From contig CAXXDQ010000003.1 of the NCBI GenBank assembly GCA_963664325.2, forward strand, positions 992,001 to 1,056,000: 64,000 nucleotides of DNA, written 5' to 3'. Every line of letters starts with the position of its first letter. The stretch's first letter is position 1. Under the pieces are notes generated by a model. That model was not told where the DNA came from, did not search any database, and saw only the letters and a list, made by a program, of their open reading frames with translations. This document shows positions 18,799 to 30,185 of the stretch, one piece after another. The translations under genes and the position numbers were made by a program. This DNA comes from Desulfomonilia bacterium. Lineage in GTDB: Bacteria; Desulfobacterota; Desulfomonilia; UBA1062.

Positions 18799-21483
18799 AT
18801 GAAGCTCAGCATTAATGGAAGGGAAGTTGAATTTGAGGCCGGTAAGACGGTCTATGAGGTGGCCAGGGCCAACGGTATATACATCCCCGTCCTATGCCAC
18901 CATGAACTTGTGAAACCTGTCGGCGCCTGCAGAGTGTGCGTGGTTGAGATCATGGGCGCCAGAAACCTTGTCGCATCGTGCGCCATGCCTGCGGAAGACA
19001 ACATGAAGATATTTACCGGCACGGACAGGGTGCTCAAGGCGAGGAAGCTCGTTGTTGAACTGCTCATGACCCAGGGCCAGCACAACTGCATTACATGCGA
19101 ATCGAGCGGGGATTGCGTGTTGCAGGACCTGGCATATTCGCTGGGGGTTGAGAGTCCGAGATTTACGGAGCCTGAAAAGCTGCCCGCAATCGAACAGGGC
19201 AACGAGATGATAGTTCGTGACATGAAAAAATGCGTGCTGTGCGGCCTGTGCGTGCGCGCATGCAACGAGGTTCAGGTAAACCAGGTGCTTGATTATACGG
19301 GCCGGGGCCCGAGCGCAAAGGTAGGACCTCCGTTCAAGAGGCTTTACGAAGAATCAGACTGCGTATTCTGCGGGGAATGTGTCAGGGTCTGCCCGGTCGG
19401 CGCTCTCTATGAAAAGCAGGGCAGGTTCAGGGGCAGGGGAAAGGAACTGGAAAAAGTAAGGACCACCTGTTCATACTGCGGTGTCGGCTGTCAGATGGAC
19501 GTGTGCGTCAATGACGGCCAGATTGCCAAGGTCACAACTGCAAGAGAAGGGATGCCTTTGCCGAACAACGGCAGTCTCTGTATAAAAGGGCGCTTCGGGT
19601 ATGACTATGTCGGGCATCCCGACAGGCTTAAAACCCCGCTTATCAAGGTTGACGGCGAATTTAAAGAGGCCTCGTGGGACGAGGCGATTGGCTTTATTGC
19701 AGAGAAGCTTCTCAGGGTAAAGCAAACAGCAGGTGCAGAGGCCGTTGCGGGGTTTTCCTCCGCACGCTGCACGAATGAAGAGAACTATCTGTTTCAGAAG
19801 TTTTTCCGTGCAGTGATCGGCAGCAACAATGTCGACCATTGCGCCCGGCTCTGACACAGCTCGACCGTGGCCGGTCTGGCCACTGCCTTCGGTTCTGGGG
19901 CAATGACAAATTCGATAGCAGACCTTGAAGAGAGCAGATGCTTCCTGATCACCGGATCAAATACGACCGAAAACCACCCGGTCATCTCGACGTTTATAAA
20001 AAGGGCAGTAATGCAAAGGGGCGCAAAGCTCATACTGGCCGACCCGCGTAATATCGAGCTTTCGAAATTTGCCACCATACATCTCAGGCAGAAACCGGGC
20101 AGCGACATCGCCTGGATCAACGGCATGATCAACATCATCATTAAAGAAGGGCTCTTAGATGAAAAGTTTATCGAAGAAAGGACCGAGAACTTCGATGCCC
20201 TGAAAGAGGCTGTTTCAAAATATACGCCCGAGTATGTTGAAGAAATATCGGGCATTCCGAAAGACGAGCTTATCACGGCTGCAAGAATCTATGCAAAATC
20301 CGGCGCCTCGGCCATAGTTTATGCAATGGGCATTACCCAGCACATTACAGGAACCGATGCCGTCAAATCCCTGGCCAACCTGGCGATGGTCACCGGCAAT
20401 ATCGGCAGGCCCGGAACCGGCGTGAATCCCCTGCGCGGGCAGAACAATGTCCAGGGGGCCTGCGACATGGGCTGCCTTCCGGGAAATTTTCCGGCCTACA
20501 TGCAGGTCGCGAATGACGAACACAGGGCCAAATTCGAGGCGGCGTGGGGCTGCAAGCTTAACCCGAAACCGGGGCTTACTATCCCCAAGATAATCGAAGG
20601 GGCCGACAAGGGGACGATCAAGGCGCTTATCATAATGGGTGAAAACCCGATGATGTCCGATCCTGATATCGCACATGTGGAGCATGCGCTTGGAAAGCTT
20701 GACCTGCTGGTTTGTATGGACATCTTTTTAAATGAAACGACGGCACTGGCCGATGTCGTACTTCCGGGCGCCTCATGGCCTGAAAAGGACGGAACTTTCA
20801 CGAACACGGAAAGAAGGGTTCAGCGTGTCAGGAAGGCTGTAAATGCCCCCGGACTGGCCCTGCCGGACTGGAAGGCCCTTGAGATGCTGGCCAACAGGAT
20901 GGGTGCATCATGGGGCTATGCCGATGCAAATGCCATAATGGAGGAAATAAGGGGCGTGACCCCGTCATACAAGGGCATAAGCTATCAGAGGCTTGAAACA
21001 GAGGGTTTGCAGTGGCCGTGCCTGAACGACGAACACCCCGGCACAAAAATCCTCCATTCTGCGGCTTTCACGAGAGGCAAGGGGCTTTTCACGGTGAACC
21101 ATTATCTGCCGCCCGCCGAAGTCACCGACGACAAGTATCCGTTCATCCTGACCACTGGGCGGATCCTTCAGCAGTATCATACGGCGACCATGACCAGGCG
21201 CTCGAAGGGCCTCGTGTCAAGAACGCCGGATGCCTTTGTCGAAATAAACCCCTCAGATGCAAAAGCGCTTGGAATCTCAGCAGGCGACAAGATAGAAATT
21301 TCATCCCGCCGGGGGAAGATTGTTGTAAATGCGGACGTAACTGACAGTGTCGCCAGGGGGGTTATATTCGTACCGTTCCACTATCACGAGGCGGCTGTCA
21401 ACCGGCTCACGATTGCAGCCATTGACCCTGTCGCCAACATACCGGAATATAAGGTCTGTGCGGTAAATCTGAAAAAGGCCTGA
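18799..21483 (+). CDS. fdhF: Selenocysteine-containing formate dehydrogenase alpha subunit (NuoG-like FeS domain plus Mo/W-bisPGD domain); Sec UGA at 19852-19854
   Basis: ORFs 18742-19854 and 19867-21483 are in one frame and join as DHCARL-U-HSSTVAGL; CSYCGVGC, LCIKGRFG and LRGQNNVQG motifs; start MKLSING after GGAGG; selA is in the window. Confidence 0.95.
19852..19883 (+). promoter_or_regulatory. Bacterial SECIS hairpin
   Basis: UGA followed after 12 nt by GTGGCC-GGTCT-GGCCAC (19867-19883), with an apical GGU as in the E. coli fdhF SECIS. Confidence 0.85.
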
Positions 21484-21495
21484 ACATTTAAAACA

Positions 21496-21540
21496 ATAGA
21501 GACCCCTATTGCCCCAAAAATAGGGGTCTCTATCTTTCTT
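21496..21540 (+). terminator. Rho-independent terminator
   Basis: ATAGAGACCCCTATT / AATAGGGGTCTCTAT 15-bp stem followed by a T-rich tract. Confidence 0.8.
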
Positions 21541-21878
21541 TAAAAATATTCAATTTAGATCAATTCAAAATATACACTTAAGACTTTTCAGCATCAATGA
21601 TGTCCTGGCGTAAAGCAAACCTGCGAGTTCATGTGGATTGTTTGCTCAGATATTCGATGTCTCAAGTCCATTGGTGAAAAGACAGTTTTAGAAGCATAGG
21701 ACCGGGAAAACTCAGGGAGATATTCGACATCTGATGCCCTGCTTGTTTCCCGACTCGCCTCCTGCTATATTTGCCGGAAGAAGGGATGAAATATTATAGA
21801 TTGTGTAATTTGATACGAAGATAAGGTGTCTGACTGAATCATGAAAAACTTGCACAGAAACCGGTTAATATAAACAGG

Positions 21879-23057
21879 ATGGACAAGAGCCCATTGCGAA
21901 CTTTGTCAAGGTTATCGGTAAAGCCAGGACTTTTACCATCGCTCCTGCTCTGTATGGCACTGACCATTGCATTCCTGCCCCTGTGCTCGGAAGTGTATGC
22001 GGCGGGAGGAGAGTCCGACCATGCAGCAAAATCCTTCCGCATCGAGACTCAACGCTGGATTGAAGCCGAGAAGATCTTCCGCTCCGACCCGCATTGGCTG
22101 GGGGGTGACGGGGCGGCATCGATTGACCTGGGGAAAGGCCGGGTGCTCTGGTTATTCGGTGACAGTTTTATTGATCTTTCCGGTACCGGCTCCCGGCGGT
22201 CATCCACCCTGGTACGCAACAGCCTAGCCATCCAGACCGGGTATGACCCCTGCAACGCCTCAATGAAGTTCTATTGGAACATGCATGACGGTACACCATC
22301 GGCCTTTTTCGCCTATAATGGTAGAAACTGGTACTGGCCGGCCTCCGGAATCAAGCTCGGCAAACATTTAATTGTTTTCCTCATGGAAATCAAAACAGCC
22401 GGGAATGAACTCGGCTTCGAAGCCTGCGGCTGGAAGGCCGTCTGGATCGACAACCCGCAGGAGGAACCGGACCAATGGAATTTGACCTGTCTCATCAGCC
22501 CTCAGCGGCATGGTCTGATTGTCGGCTCCGGCAATCCGCTTTTAGAGAAAGGCTTCCTTACCGTATGCGCCACTGATGGCAATGATCGGGCGGTATATCT
22601 TGTGCGCTGGCCGGAACGCTCGGCCGGCAACGGAACACTCACCAGCCCGGAGTGGTGGACCGGTCATAAAACAGGCTGGGTGAGAGGCCGGAATGACAAA
22701 CTTGAGCCCATAATTTCAGACGGCCAGATGGAATTCACAGTGGAGTACCAGCCCCGGCTTGAACGTTATCTCCAGATTCAGACATTGAGTGTCATGAATC
22801 CCTGCCTGGCCGTGGCATCCTCTGCCTCTGTGACAGGACCCTGGTCCGCACAGGCCTGCTTTTTTACTTCACACGAGCAGGGTAGCCCGGAGCTCCTGAT
22901 CTATGCCGGCAAGTCGCATCCAGCGCTCAAGGGAGCGGACATGGTCTTCACCTATGTGGTGAATACGACAAAGGAAGACCGTCTTTTAAATGATATGTCC
23001 ATATATTATCCCGCCATGCTCAAGGGGCGTATCGTTTCCGATCGCAATGTCCCATAA
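21879..23057 (+). CDS. Exported protein, DUF4185-like beta-propeller
   Basis: Signal-like hydrophobic segment; WLGGDG..S, LWLFGDSF, RNS and YAGKSHP motifs. Confidence 0.65.
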   Translation: MDKSPLRTLSRLSVKPGLLPSLLLCMALTIAFLPLCSEVYAAGGESDHAAKSFRIETQRWIEAEKIFRSDPHWLGGDGAASIDLGKGRVLWLFGDSFIDLSGTGSRRSSTLVRNSLAIQTGYDPCNASMKFYWNMHDGTPSAFFAYNGRNWYWPASGIKLGKHLIVFLMEIKTAGNELGFEACGWKAVWIDNPQEEPDQWNLTCLISPQRHGLIVGSGNPLLEKGFLTVCATDGNDRAVYLVRWPERSAGNGTLTSPEWWTGHKTGWVRGRNDKLEPIISDGQMEFTVEYQPRLERYLQIQTLSVMNPCLAVASSASVTGPWSAQACFFTSHEQGSPELLIYAGKSHPALKGADMVFTYVVNTTKEDRLLNDMSIYYPAMLKGRIVSDRNVP

Positions 23058-23246
23058 GGGTGCAAGCGAATCAACTCGGGCACTCAGCGTAGGATGTTAA
23101 CGCTCTGTGGATTTTAAAATGTGTTCTATCCTTCAGGTCCGGATGCAGAGCTTGTTGATCATGAACAGATGAGATTTGTACCGGCTTGACTTCCAATAAT
23201 TAACCGGATAAACCCCTGACAAAGGCTTAGACATAATTGAAACCAG

Positions 23247-23717
23247 ATGATGGAAATAAATAAAATCAGCTTGGGAGCCACGTCGGCAATTGTTACAAGT
23301 ATGGGTCTGATCGCAGGGTTAACCCATGGGGATAATGCCAAAACAGCTATAATTGGCGGTCTGCTGGTTGTCGGCATTGCAGATAATATTTCCGATTCGT
23401 TAGGCATACATATTTATAAAGAGTCGGAAGGCGTCAACAAACAGGAAATCAAATCGTCAACCCTTGGCAATTTCATTGTCAGATTGATAATAACACTTCT
23501 CTTTGTAACGGTTGTTCTCCTCTTTCCTCCACACATTGCATACATTGTTTCTTCTGTCCTTGGAATGGTTCTGCTCTCTGCAATGAGTTATCTGATAGCA
23601 AGAATAAAGATGACGCATCCCTTGAGGGAAGTGGTCAATCATCTGGCTATCGCATTAATAGTAATTATTGGTTGTAAATTTCTAGGAGATTTCATTTCAC
23701 ACCATATCAACGGGTAA
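23247..23717 (+). CDS. Small multi-TM protein, VIT1/CCC1-like
   Basis: About 5 hydrophobic segments; IADNISDSLGIHIYKESE motif; AT-rich. Confidence 0.6.
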   Translation: MMEINKISLGATSAIVTSMGLIAGLTHGDNAKTAIIGGLLVVGIADNISDSLGIHIYKESEGVNKQEIKSSTLGNFIVRLIITLLFVTVVLLFPPHIAYIVSSVLGMVLLSAMSYLIARIKMTHPLREVVNHLAIALIVIIGCKFLGDFISHHING

Positions 23718-23988
23718 TGAATATCTGCGGTTCCTTTTAAGCCTGCCCGGCTTAAAGATATGGCCGGAGGAGGTTTGAAGGAAATATAGAGAAGGTCTGC
23801 GGGCAGCACAGTAAAATCAGCAATAGCAAATTGATTATCACGGTACCGGACTACGCCGCCTGTGTCGAATGCAGGCTCAACATGACTGTAGTTAATTAGC
23901 GGTAGTCGGCGCAATCATAAATCTGTTAGATTGATATATTCATTATTTCTTCTCGACCAAAAAGAATATCAATTATATATTCTGCCAT

Positions 23989-24930
23989 ATGCAGATATTA
24001 AGTGTTACATTTACCGGTGTCGCCACTCTGTTAATAATAGGTCTTCTAGGCTTCTGGCTGCTTAGAAGAAATATAATTACCGGAAGCATTCTGCCACCTC
24101 TGTCTTTTCTTGCAATAGATATTGCCTTGCCCTGCTTTATTTTTGTCAATATCACGACAAAATTCAAACCTTCGGCCAGCCCTTTATGGTGGACGCTGCC
24201 TTTATGGTGGGCGGGATTTACAGTTATCGCGGCAATAATTTCTTATCTGAGTTCATTTGCGGTTAAAAGAGGGATAAGAAGGGAATTCATAGCCTGCATG
24301 TTTTTTCAGAACGGGATATTTTTCCCGCTGGCAATCATTTCTTCCATGTTCGGTTTAAATTCAACTTACCTGGTTGACCTGTTTCTGTTTACGTTGTTTT
24401 ATCCGGCCTTTTTCTTCAACTTCGCCCCATATGTGGTCAAAAGAAAAAACTTCATGACTAATGTTAAAAGGATCTTTAACCCCGTTCTGATTGTAACAAT
24501 GATTGCTGTATTAACCAAGATTACCGGTGTCGATTCATATATCCCTCAATTTATAATATCAGGTATAAACCTCACCGGTCAGATGGCAGTTCCCTTGCTC
24601 ATGATTGTTCTTGGCGGAAATATATTTCTCGATTTCAAAAATACAGAAAAAGTCTTTATTATGGAAACCTTTAAATTTGTGGCAGTTAAAAACTTTATTT
24701 TACCCGGGATTGTTCTCGGCCTGCTGTCTTTAATTAAACCCGGATATTCTATTGCCCTGATTATTATTTTGCAAAGTGCCGTCCCTCCAGTTACAGCGGT
24801 GCCAATAATTGTCGAGCGCGAAGAAGGGAACCGTGCAATCGCAAACCAGTTCCTTGTTGCCAGTTTTATTGCCAGTCTTATCAGCCTGCCTGTTGTTGTC
24901 ATGCTGTTCAGCATGTTGTTTGGCAGGTGA
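23989..24930 (+). CDS. AEC (auxin efflux carrier) family transporter
   Basis: About 10 TMs; ALPCFIF, FQNGIFFPL, NPVL, PLLMIVLG and AVPPV motifs. Confidence 0.85.
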   Translation: MQILSVTFTGVATLLIIGLLGFWLLRRNIITGSILPPLSFLAIDIALPCFIFVNITTKFKPSASPLWWTLPLWWAGFTVIAAIISYLSSFAVKRGIRREFIACMFFQNGIFFPLAIISSMFGLNSTYLVDLFLFTLFYPAFFFNFAPYVVKRKNFMTNVKRIFNPVLIVTMIAVLTKITGVDSYIPQFIISGINLTGQMAVPLLMIVLGGNIFLDFKNTEKVFIMETFKFVAVKNFILPGIVLGLLSLIKPGYSIALIIILQSAVPPVTAVPIIVEREEGNRAIANQFLVASFIASLISLPVVVMLFSMLFGR

Positions 24931-25196
24931 AGGGAGTCTGCCGGGTAACAAGCGGTGGTCTCTTCCAAACAGGTTGAATTCCGGGCCTTCCGGTCCTGTA
25001 TTGCTCGCTGCCTTTTGAATGTCCAGGAGCTCAGAGCATAGAAAGAACCTTGTGGTTAAAAGAATAAATCTGAGAAACTTTAAAGGTATATTTGATACAT
25101 GAAGCTTGCTTGTTTACTTCCTCCACACTCCTTTTTCCAATGTTATCAAAGTGCGCAAGCCGGCATGTAACCGGTGCATCCGGGTTTTTCCCCGTC

Positions 25197-27692
25197 CTAT
25201 TCGCTCAATTCCAGTGTCGAGATGGTTTGCGCCGCAATATCTGCTTCGCTGAACGGCAGGTCGATCCACTCCTTGTTGCTGTACATGTGTGTCTGATCCT
25301 TATACCAGGGTGAATTCACGTTCTGTGACAGCGAATAGGTTGTGACGGTGCTCATGCGCGGGAATTCCTTGCCTTCGAAACTCACGACCTGGATGTATGT
25401 ATTGCCGTGATATGGATTGACATAGGCCTTCTTTGCGGAATCCCATTCACTCTCGATAACACTGTACAGACCCAGTGCATCCGGTCCGCCGTGCAGGGGG
25501 ATGTTTTCACCGCCGCGCTCCACGTACTGGTGATCCCGTAGCGTCGCATCAAGGGGCAGGTCCAGATCGTGGAATTCCTGCAGCGTATCATTAACGGCTG
25601 TCCATACCCGCGGATTCAGTATGTTCAATCCCCTGGGGGTGTCGATGGGGTCCGCGGAATTGAAGGGATATAGAAAACAGGAGGTCAGCGGTATGGGGGG
25701 CGAATATGTTGTCCCGGCCGGCAATGAAGTTCCCAGCAGCTGTCTGGCAATGCGGCGGAACAGAAGGGCCCCGGGGGAATCAAGATTATCGGTGCGGTCC
25801 CAGGCTGCAAGCACATCAATGGCCGGCTTTATGCTGTCATCACCGATGGCCATTAATTTTAACAGCTGGACCAGATCGTCCACCCAAAGCTCGGCCAGCT
25901 TGTTGCGCGCGTTAAAAACGATCTCCCGCATATTTTCATGGGTGAATTTGGTGCCTGCAAGCCCGTCTTTGCCTGAGAGCCTGTCGGCGATGATTGTCTG
26001 CCCCATTCGAGTGCGCAGGCTTAATTGCGAATTTTCCGTGCCTATGATGCGGGCATAGCCCGTAAGGGGCTCTGACGGGTTGACCAGCCAGTAGCTGTCG
26101 TTGCTGTTCATCACATAGTCATACCTGAAAATCGATGGTAATTGCGATATGCCCATAATGCCTGGAACTATGGCATCCGCAGCTGCCTCAGGCATGCACT
26201 CGGAGCGGCTTCCGTCAAGGATGGGCAAGCCCAAAAGCCTGAAAGTCAGCTGCCCCAGAGACGATCCGCAAGCGGTTGCCTTCTTGTCGGGGATGTTTGC
26301 AACTACGGTAATGTCAGCATAGAAGGCCTCTCCGTAAGCATCGGCGGCAATCGTATTGGCCCAGGGGATCGCCTGGAACTTTTCCAGTACCTGCTTTACA
26401 TCGTGCACATTCTTTGCCTTGCCTATTTCCACGAAATGATTGAGGGCCCGCAGGTTCTCGGCATTCGGGTCCAGAAGGGCAAAGCCGCTGGAAGACGTCC
26501 AGGATAGAATTTCCAGATTGGTCAAGGCTGTGCACATAGGGCCGAATCGAGTTGTGTAGAGGGTGCGCTGCATCTTGCCGATCGTGCCGTCATCGTTAAG
26601 CGTTTCGATCTCCAATGGCCAGGCCTTCATCTGTTCGACCTTGCCGTCAACCTGGTAACTGTAGGTGTTTGCAATATCAAGCTGAACAGGCACGAAACGG
26701 AATGCGGTTGAAACTGTGTGCGACCATGCCACGCTGCTGTTGGCGCCGATGGCGATCACAGGTATTCCCAGAAAGCTAATGCCGTTGACGTCATATTCCC
26801 CCGGGATGGTCATGTGAACCTGGTAGAAACTCCCTGAGTCTAGCCAACCCATATGCGGATTGCCCAGCAGCAGGCCGCGGCCGTTCTGGGTGGCATCTTT
26901 CCCGGCTGCAATGGCATTGCTACCCATGCTGAGCTTCAGGCGTGCCTTCAATTGGGATATGGACTGCTCGCCTGAATTCAGTATATCGGCCAGCTGTTCG
27001 GTTGACTGGGATTTTTTTGGTCTGGCATTGCCGATTCCGCTTACTGAAGTGGCCGATCCCGCCATGATGTGAATCATATAGCACACCCGGTAAACGTCGA
27101 GTTCCGTGATTTCTTTGACCCATTTCTCATTCCGGCAGGCCGGGTCGGTAAGTATCTCTGCCGGGTGATCCCGAAGAAAGCGGTTGTATCCGGCCACATA
27201 ACCCCTGATCAATTCCTTTACTTCAGGTCCCATCCCGACCGGGTAGGGAGTAGCCATTATCTTTTCCACAAGACCCCGTGCCTTAATCAATTTGAAGAAG
27301 AAATCACTGTCGGAGTTTTTGAATACCATCTCGTTCCCCGGGAAATGGAAGGTGTTATCCGGGCCGAAGTACTTCGAGCGTTCGCCGTTGGCCGTCACAT
27401 AGGCATCGGCCAGCCTGCAGATATTATCCTCCGCCGCGGCATAAGCATAACCGTAGCCCAGGCCCGCCCAGTCGGCGGCCTTGATGTGAGGTATCCCGTG
27501 GGTTGTACGGCGGATGGTCGCATGCAGCCCGTTCTCTTCGGGGATCTGGGGCGTGCTGTTTGCTGAGCTGACATCGGAGTTGTCGCCGCTGTCGCTGCAA
27601 CTGGCGATGAAGATGACAATAAATGCCACAAGCAGAAGCCGAATGATTGATTGAAAATACATCTTGCGGATTATCGCTGAATTTCTTTTCAT
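25197..27692 (-). CDS. Penicillin/acyl-homoserine-lactone acylase family (PvdQ-like Ntn hydrolase) lipoprotein
   Basis: Lipobox IASC; GIPHIKA; GSN nucleophile followed by LLGNPH; AWSHTVS and NSNDSYW. Confidence 0.9.
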   Translation of the reverse strand: MKRNSAIIRKMYFQSIIRLLLVAFIVIFIASCSDSGDNSDVSSANSTPQIPEENGLHATIRRTTHGIPHIKAADWAGLGYGYAYAAAEDNICRLADAYVTANGERSKYFGPDNTFHFPGNEMVFKNSDSDFFFKLIKARGLVEKIMATPYPVGMGPEVKELIRGYVAGYNRFLRDHPAEILTDPACRNEKWVKEITELDVYRVCYMIHIMAGSATSVSGIGNARPKKSQSTEQLADILNSGEQSISQLKARLKLSMGSNAIAAGKDATQNGRGLLLGNPHMGWLDSGSFYQVHMTIPGEYDVNGISFLGIPVIAIGANSSVAWSHTVSTAFRFVPVQLDIANTYSYQVDGKVEQMKAWPLEIETLNDDGTIGKMQRTLYTTRFGPMCTALTNLEILSWTSSSGFALLDPNAENLRALNHFVEIGKAKNVHDVKQVLEKFQAIPWANTIAADAYGEAFYADITVVANIPDKKATACGSSLGQLTFRLLGLPILDGSRSECMPEAAADAIVPGIMGISQLPSIFRYDYVMNSNDSYWLVNPSEPLTGYARIIGTENSQLSLRTRMGQTIIADRLSGKDGLAGTKFTHENMREIVFNARNKLAELWVDDLVQLLKLMAIGDDSIKPAIDVLAAWDRTDNLDSPGALLFRRIARQLLGTSLPAGTTYSPPIPLTSCFLYPFNSADPIDTPRGLNILNPRVWTAVNDTLQEFHDLDLPLDATLRDHQYVERGGENIPLHGGPDALGLYSVIESEWDSAKKAYVNPYHGNTYIQVVSFEGKEFPRMSTVTTYSLSQNVNSPWYKDQTHMYSNKEWIDLPFSEADIAAQTISTLELSE

Positions 27693-28575
27693 CTGAACGC
27701 CTCCTCATAAAAATTATTTCCGGGCTGAACAATGACCTGCATGAAGCAAAGTAATGCCCCATATGAACCGTACTGCAGGTTTTAAAACTGATAAAAAAAC
27801 AATCCCCTTCTTGGAGAAACAGTTCAATAAACAGTTTACACCAATTTCAGAAAAATTGAAAGAGAGGATCGCCCCATAAAGGCATCCAACATGCAATCGG
27901 ACTTCAGCTTCATCACATATATGGGGCGCCGTTTAAGCATTAATGGAAAGCAAGCTCAATTATCCGTTATCGGCACCTAAGATAATATGATCTGCATAAC
28001 AGTGATTCTCATTATCCATAATAATGTCCCTGCCATAAACCGGAAAGCAATTCGAGTATCAGCAATAAGTATACATAATAAACTGTTGACACATAATATG
28101 AAAAAGAATAATGGTATGCATATTGAATAATTAATTTCATATGTTTTGGAGGTCTGTGGTTCATTCCTGAGTTTCATGAAGGGGGTTTCTTCATGTTGCT
28201 TCATGTATTGTAATGATTCCGTCTGTGTGCAAACCCCCGGAGTGATTTCTGCGGCGGAGGATAACATCAGCGAATCCATGAAGGATTGTTGTTTGCTTGA
28301 AATATATTCAGAAAAACCTTTCGCCATATCATAATTGGGAAGAAGGGGAATGAAATAATCATCAGGCAGGAATTTGTCTGCGGCAAATGGCAGGTACACA
28401 AGGCCGGATACCGATTGTGCTAAATATCTGAAGATCCGAATGCTTTATTTATTTGCATCATTAATGAGGGTTTAGGAGCATCTTATAAGCCACAGGATAT
28501 TTCCAGTTGGAGTTTATTGTACTTTGCCTTTCTGAATATTGTATTTATATATTCGAGAAGGATCTTTAATACCGG

Positions 28576-28593
28576 TTGACTGAATACGGTCAA
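28576..28593. promoter_or_regulatory. Palindromic operator-like site
   Basis: TTGACTG-AATA-CGGTCAA in the divergent intergenic region. Confidence 0.35.
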
Positions 28594-28738
28594 AAAAATA
28601 TAAAAACTTCCTGGCAGGCCGATATGTGAAAACCCTCACTTCAACCCGGCAATTTCCCGGCTGGTACAAATGGCAATTTCATTGTTCCATGTGTGGTTAT
28701 GTAATGCTTCAGGATGCCTATTATTCAATGGATTATGC

Positions 28739-28766
28739 TTGACATATTTCAATTCGCGGCTATTAT
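28739..28766 (+). promoter_or_regulatory. sigma70-type promoter
   Basis: TTGACA-N16-TATTAT about 75 bp upstream of 28842. Confidence 0.45.
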
Positions 28767-28841
28767 TTACATCATATCTGGTACGGTCTGCAAAGTATTC
28801 AAATATGAATTCAGGGAATTTAAATTATTGAGGGGGCTACA

Positions 28842-29720
28842 ATGAAGAGATCACTGTTATTCCTGGCACTAACTTTGTCCGCAATCATGCTGAACGGGTG
28901 TATCGTTTCAATGTCACCCAAAGGGGATCAATCCCTGTGTCCCGGCGAGTCCATGACATTCTCTGTCGGTGATATGGCGGAAGGCTCCAAGGTCTACGAA
29001 TGGACACTCGACGGGGTTCCCATTCTCGGTGCCACAGCCGGCATTTATACCTATACCCCAACCCCGAGCGAAGTGGGTTTGCACAAACTTAAGGTTCAGA
29101 TTCTGTGGGACTCCCGTTCCTGGAATGTTGAAGTTAAGAACTGCGGAACCGTGGGCTTTGAAAAGGTGCTTTTCTGTGTCGACACGTCCGGAAATATGAT
29201 CTATAGCGATCCGCTCAACAAGCGTGTCAATGCCGTAAAAGAGACTATCGACAAATTCTACGATAACGAAAAGGTCAGCTTCGGGATCATTGATTTCGAC
29301 GATACAGCCAAGATACTCACAGGCTTTTCCCGCGACCGGACCCTCCTCGAAGGTTATGCCGATGCCCTGGGGGATGATTGCGGCTGGACAACATATCTGG
29401 CCGGTGGAATATATACCTCCGGCGCCCTCGATGCTGTAGACCAGGTCGTTGACGAAACCGAGACCGGAAATCATTTTACGGTCATCTTCATCGGTGACGG
29501 AGAACCGACGCAGGGTACTACCGGCCACGACCAGATCGTGGACAAGGTGGCCTCTATCGCCGCACCTGAAAATGTCAAGCTCTACACCATCTACCTGGAC
29601 GGCGACCCTCTGCCTGCAGCAGAGCAGCTGCTTGATGACATGGCTATCGCCGGGAAAACAACCGAGACCCATATTTATACCGATCCGGACTCCCTTTCTT
29701 TCATTGAACTGGAATTCTAG
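28842..29720 (+). CDS. Lipoprotein with Ig-like domain and vWA domain
   Basis: Lipobox LNGC; MIDAS-like DTSGNM, T and GDGEP motifs. Confidence 0.8.
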   Translation: MKRSLLFLALTLSAIMLNGCIVSMSPKGDQSLCPGESMTFSVGDMAEGSKVYEWTLDGVPILGATAGIYTYTPTPSEVGLHKLKVQILWDSRSWNVEVKNCGTVGFEKVLFCVDTSGNMIYSDPLNKRVNAVKETIDKFYDNEKVSFGIIDFDDTAKILTGFSRDRTLLEGYADALGDDCGWTTYLAGGIYTSGALDAVDQVVDETETGNHFTVIFIGDGEPTQGTTGHDQIVDKVASIAAPENVKLYTIYLDGDPLPAAEQLLDDMAIAGKTTETHIYTDPDSLSFIELEF

Positions 29721-29739
29721 GTTTATATGATAGTATGAG

Positions 29740-29777
29740 ACTGTTCCCATCCGTCTGCAGCAACGGATGGGAACAGT
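29740..29777 (+). terminator. Stem-loop, probable terminator
   Basis: ACTGTTCCCATCCGT / ACGGATGGGAACAGT 15-bp stem, no clear U tract. Confidence 0.55.
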
Positions 29778-30185
29778 TCCATGTCCTGACGGCTGCATCT
29801 CATTGAGAAAAAATCCCTGCATAAAATCGGGCTGGCTCAGAATGGTATCAGTACAGGAACAGCCATGTTGCGTTCATTCTGGTGATTGTCCTGATGAGAA
29901 CATACGAAATCACACCCTTAATTTAATGATATGTCAAAATGGCAGGAGTATCCCTGAGGGTATACAGCTTTGCATGATGATAATATTCGTTTAGACCTCG
30001 GGTGTGCTCGAATCAAATACTGGAAGCATACTCCTGTTAGTACGGTTCTCAAGCTTGCTTAAAAATAGCCGGTGCAAATGAACTGGTTTGTTTTACATGA
30101 CAGCCGTATTTTAAATACTTATTAAGTGAAAGAATAGTATGATATAAGAATATGCATCATGCTGAGTTGCAGCATAGGGGGTTAT

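Noticed and set aside
19852-19854. Nonsense mutation making fdh a pseudogene
   Set aside because: The TGA is at the conserved Sec/Cys ligand position, a SECIS follows, and selA is present
27977-28399. 140-aa ORF in the AT-rich intergenic region
   Set aside because: No clear RBS or recognisable motif; likely spurious or decayed
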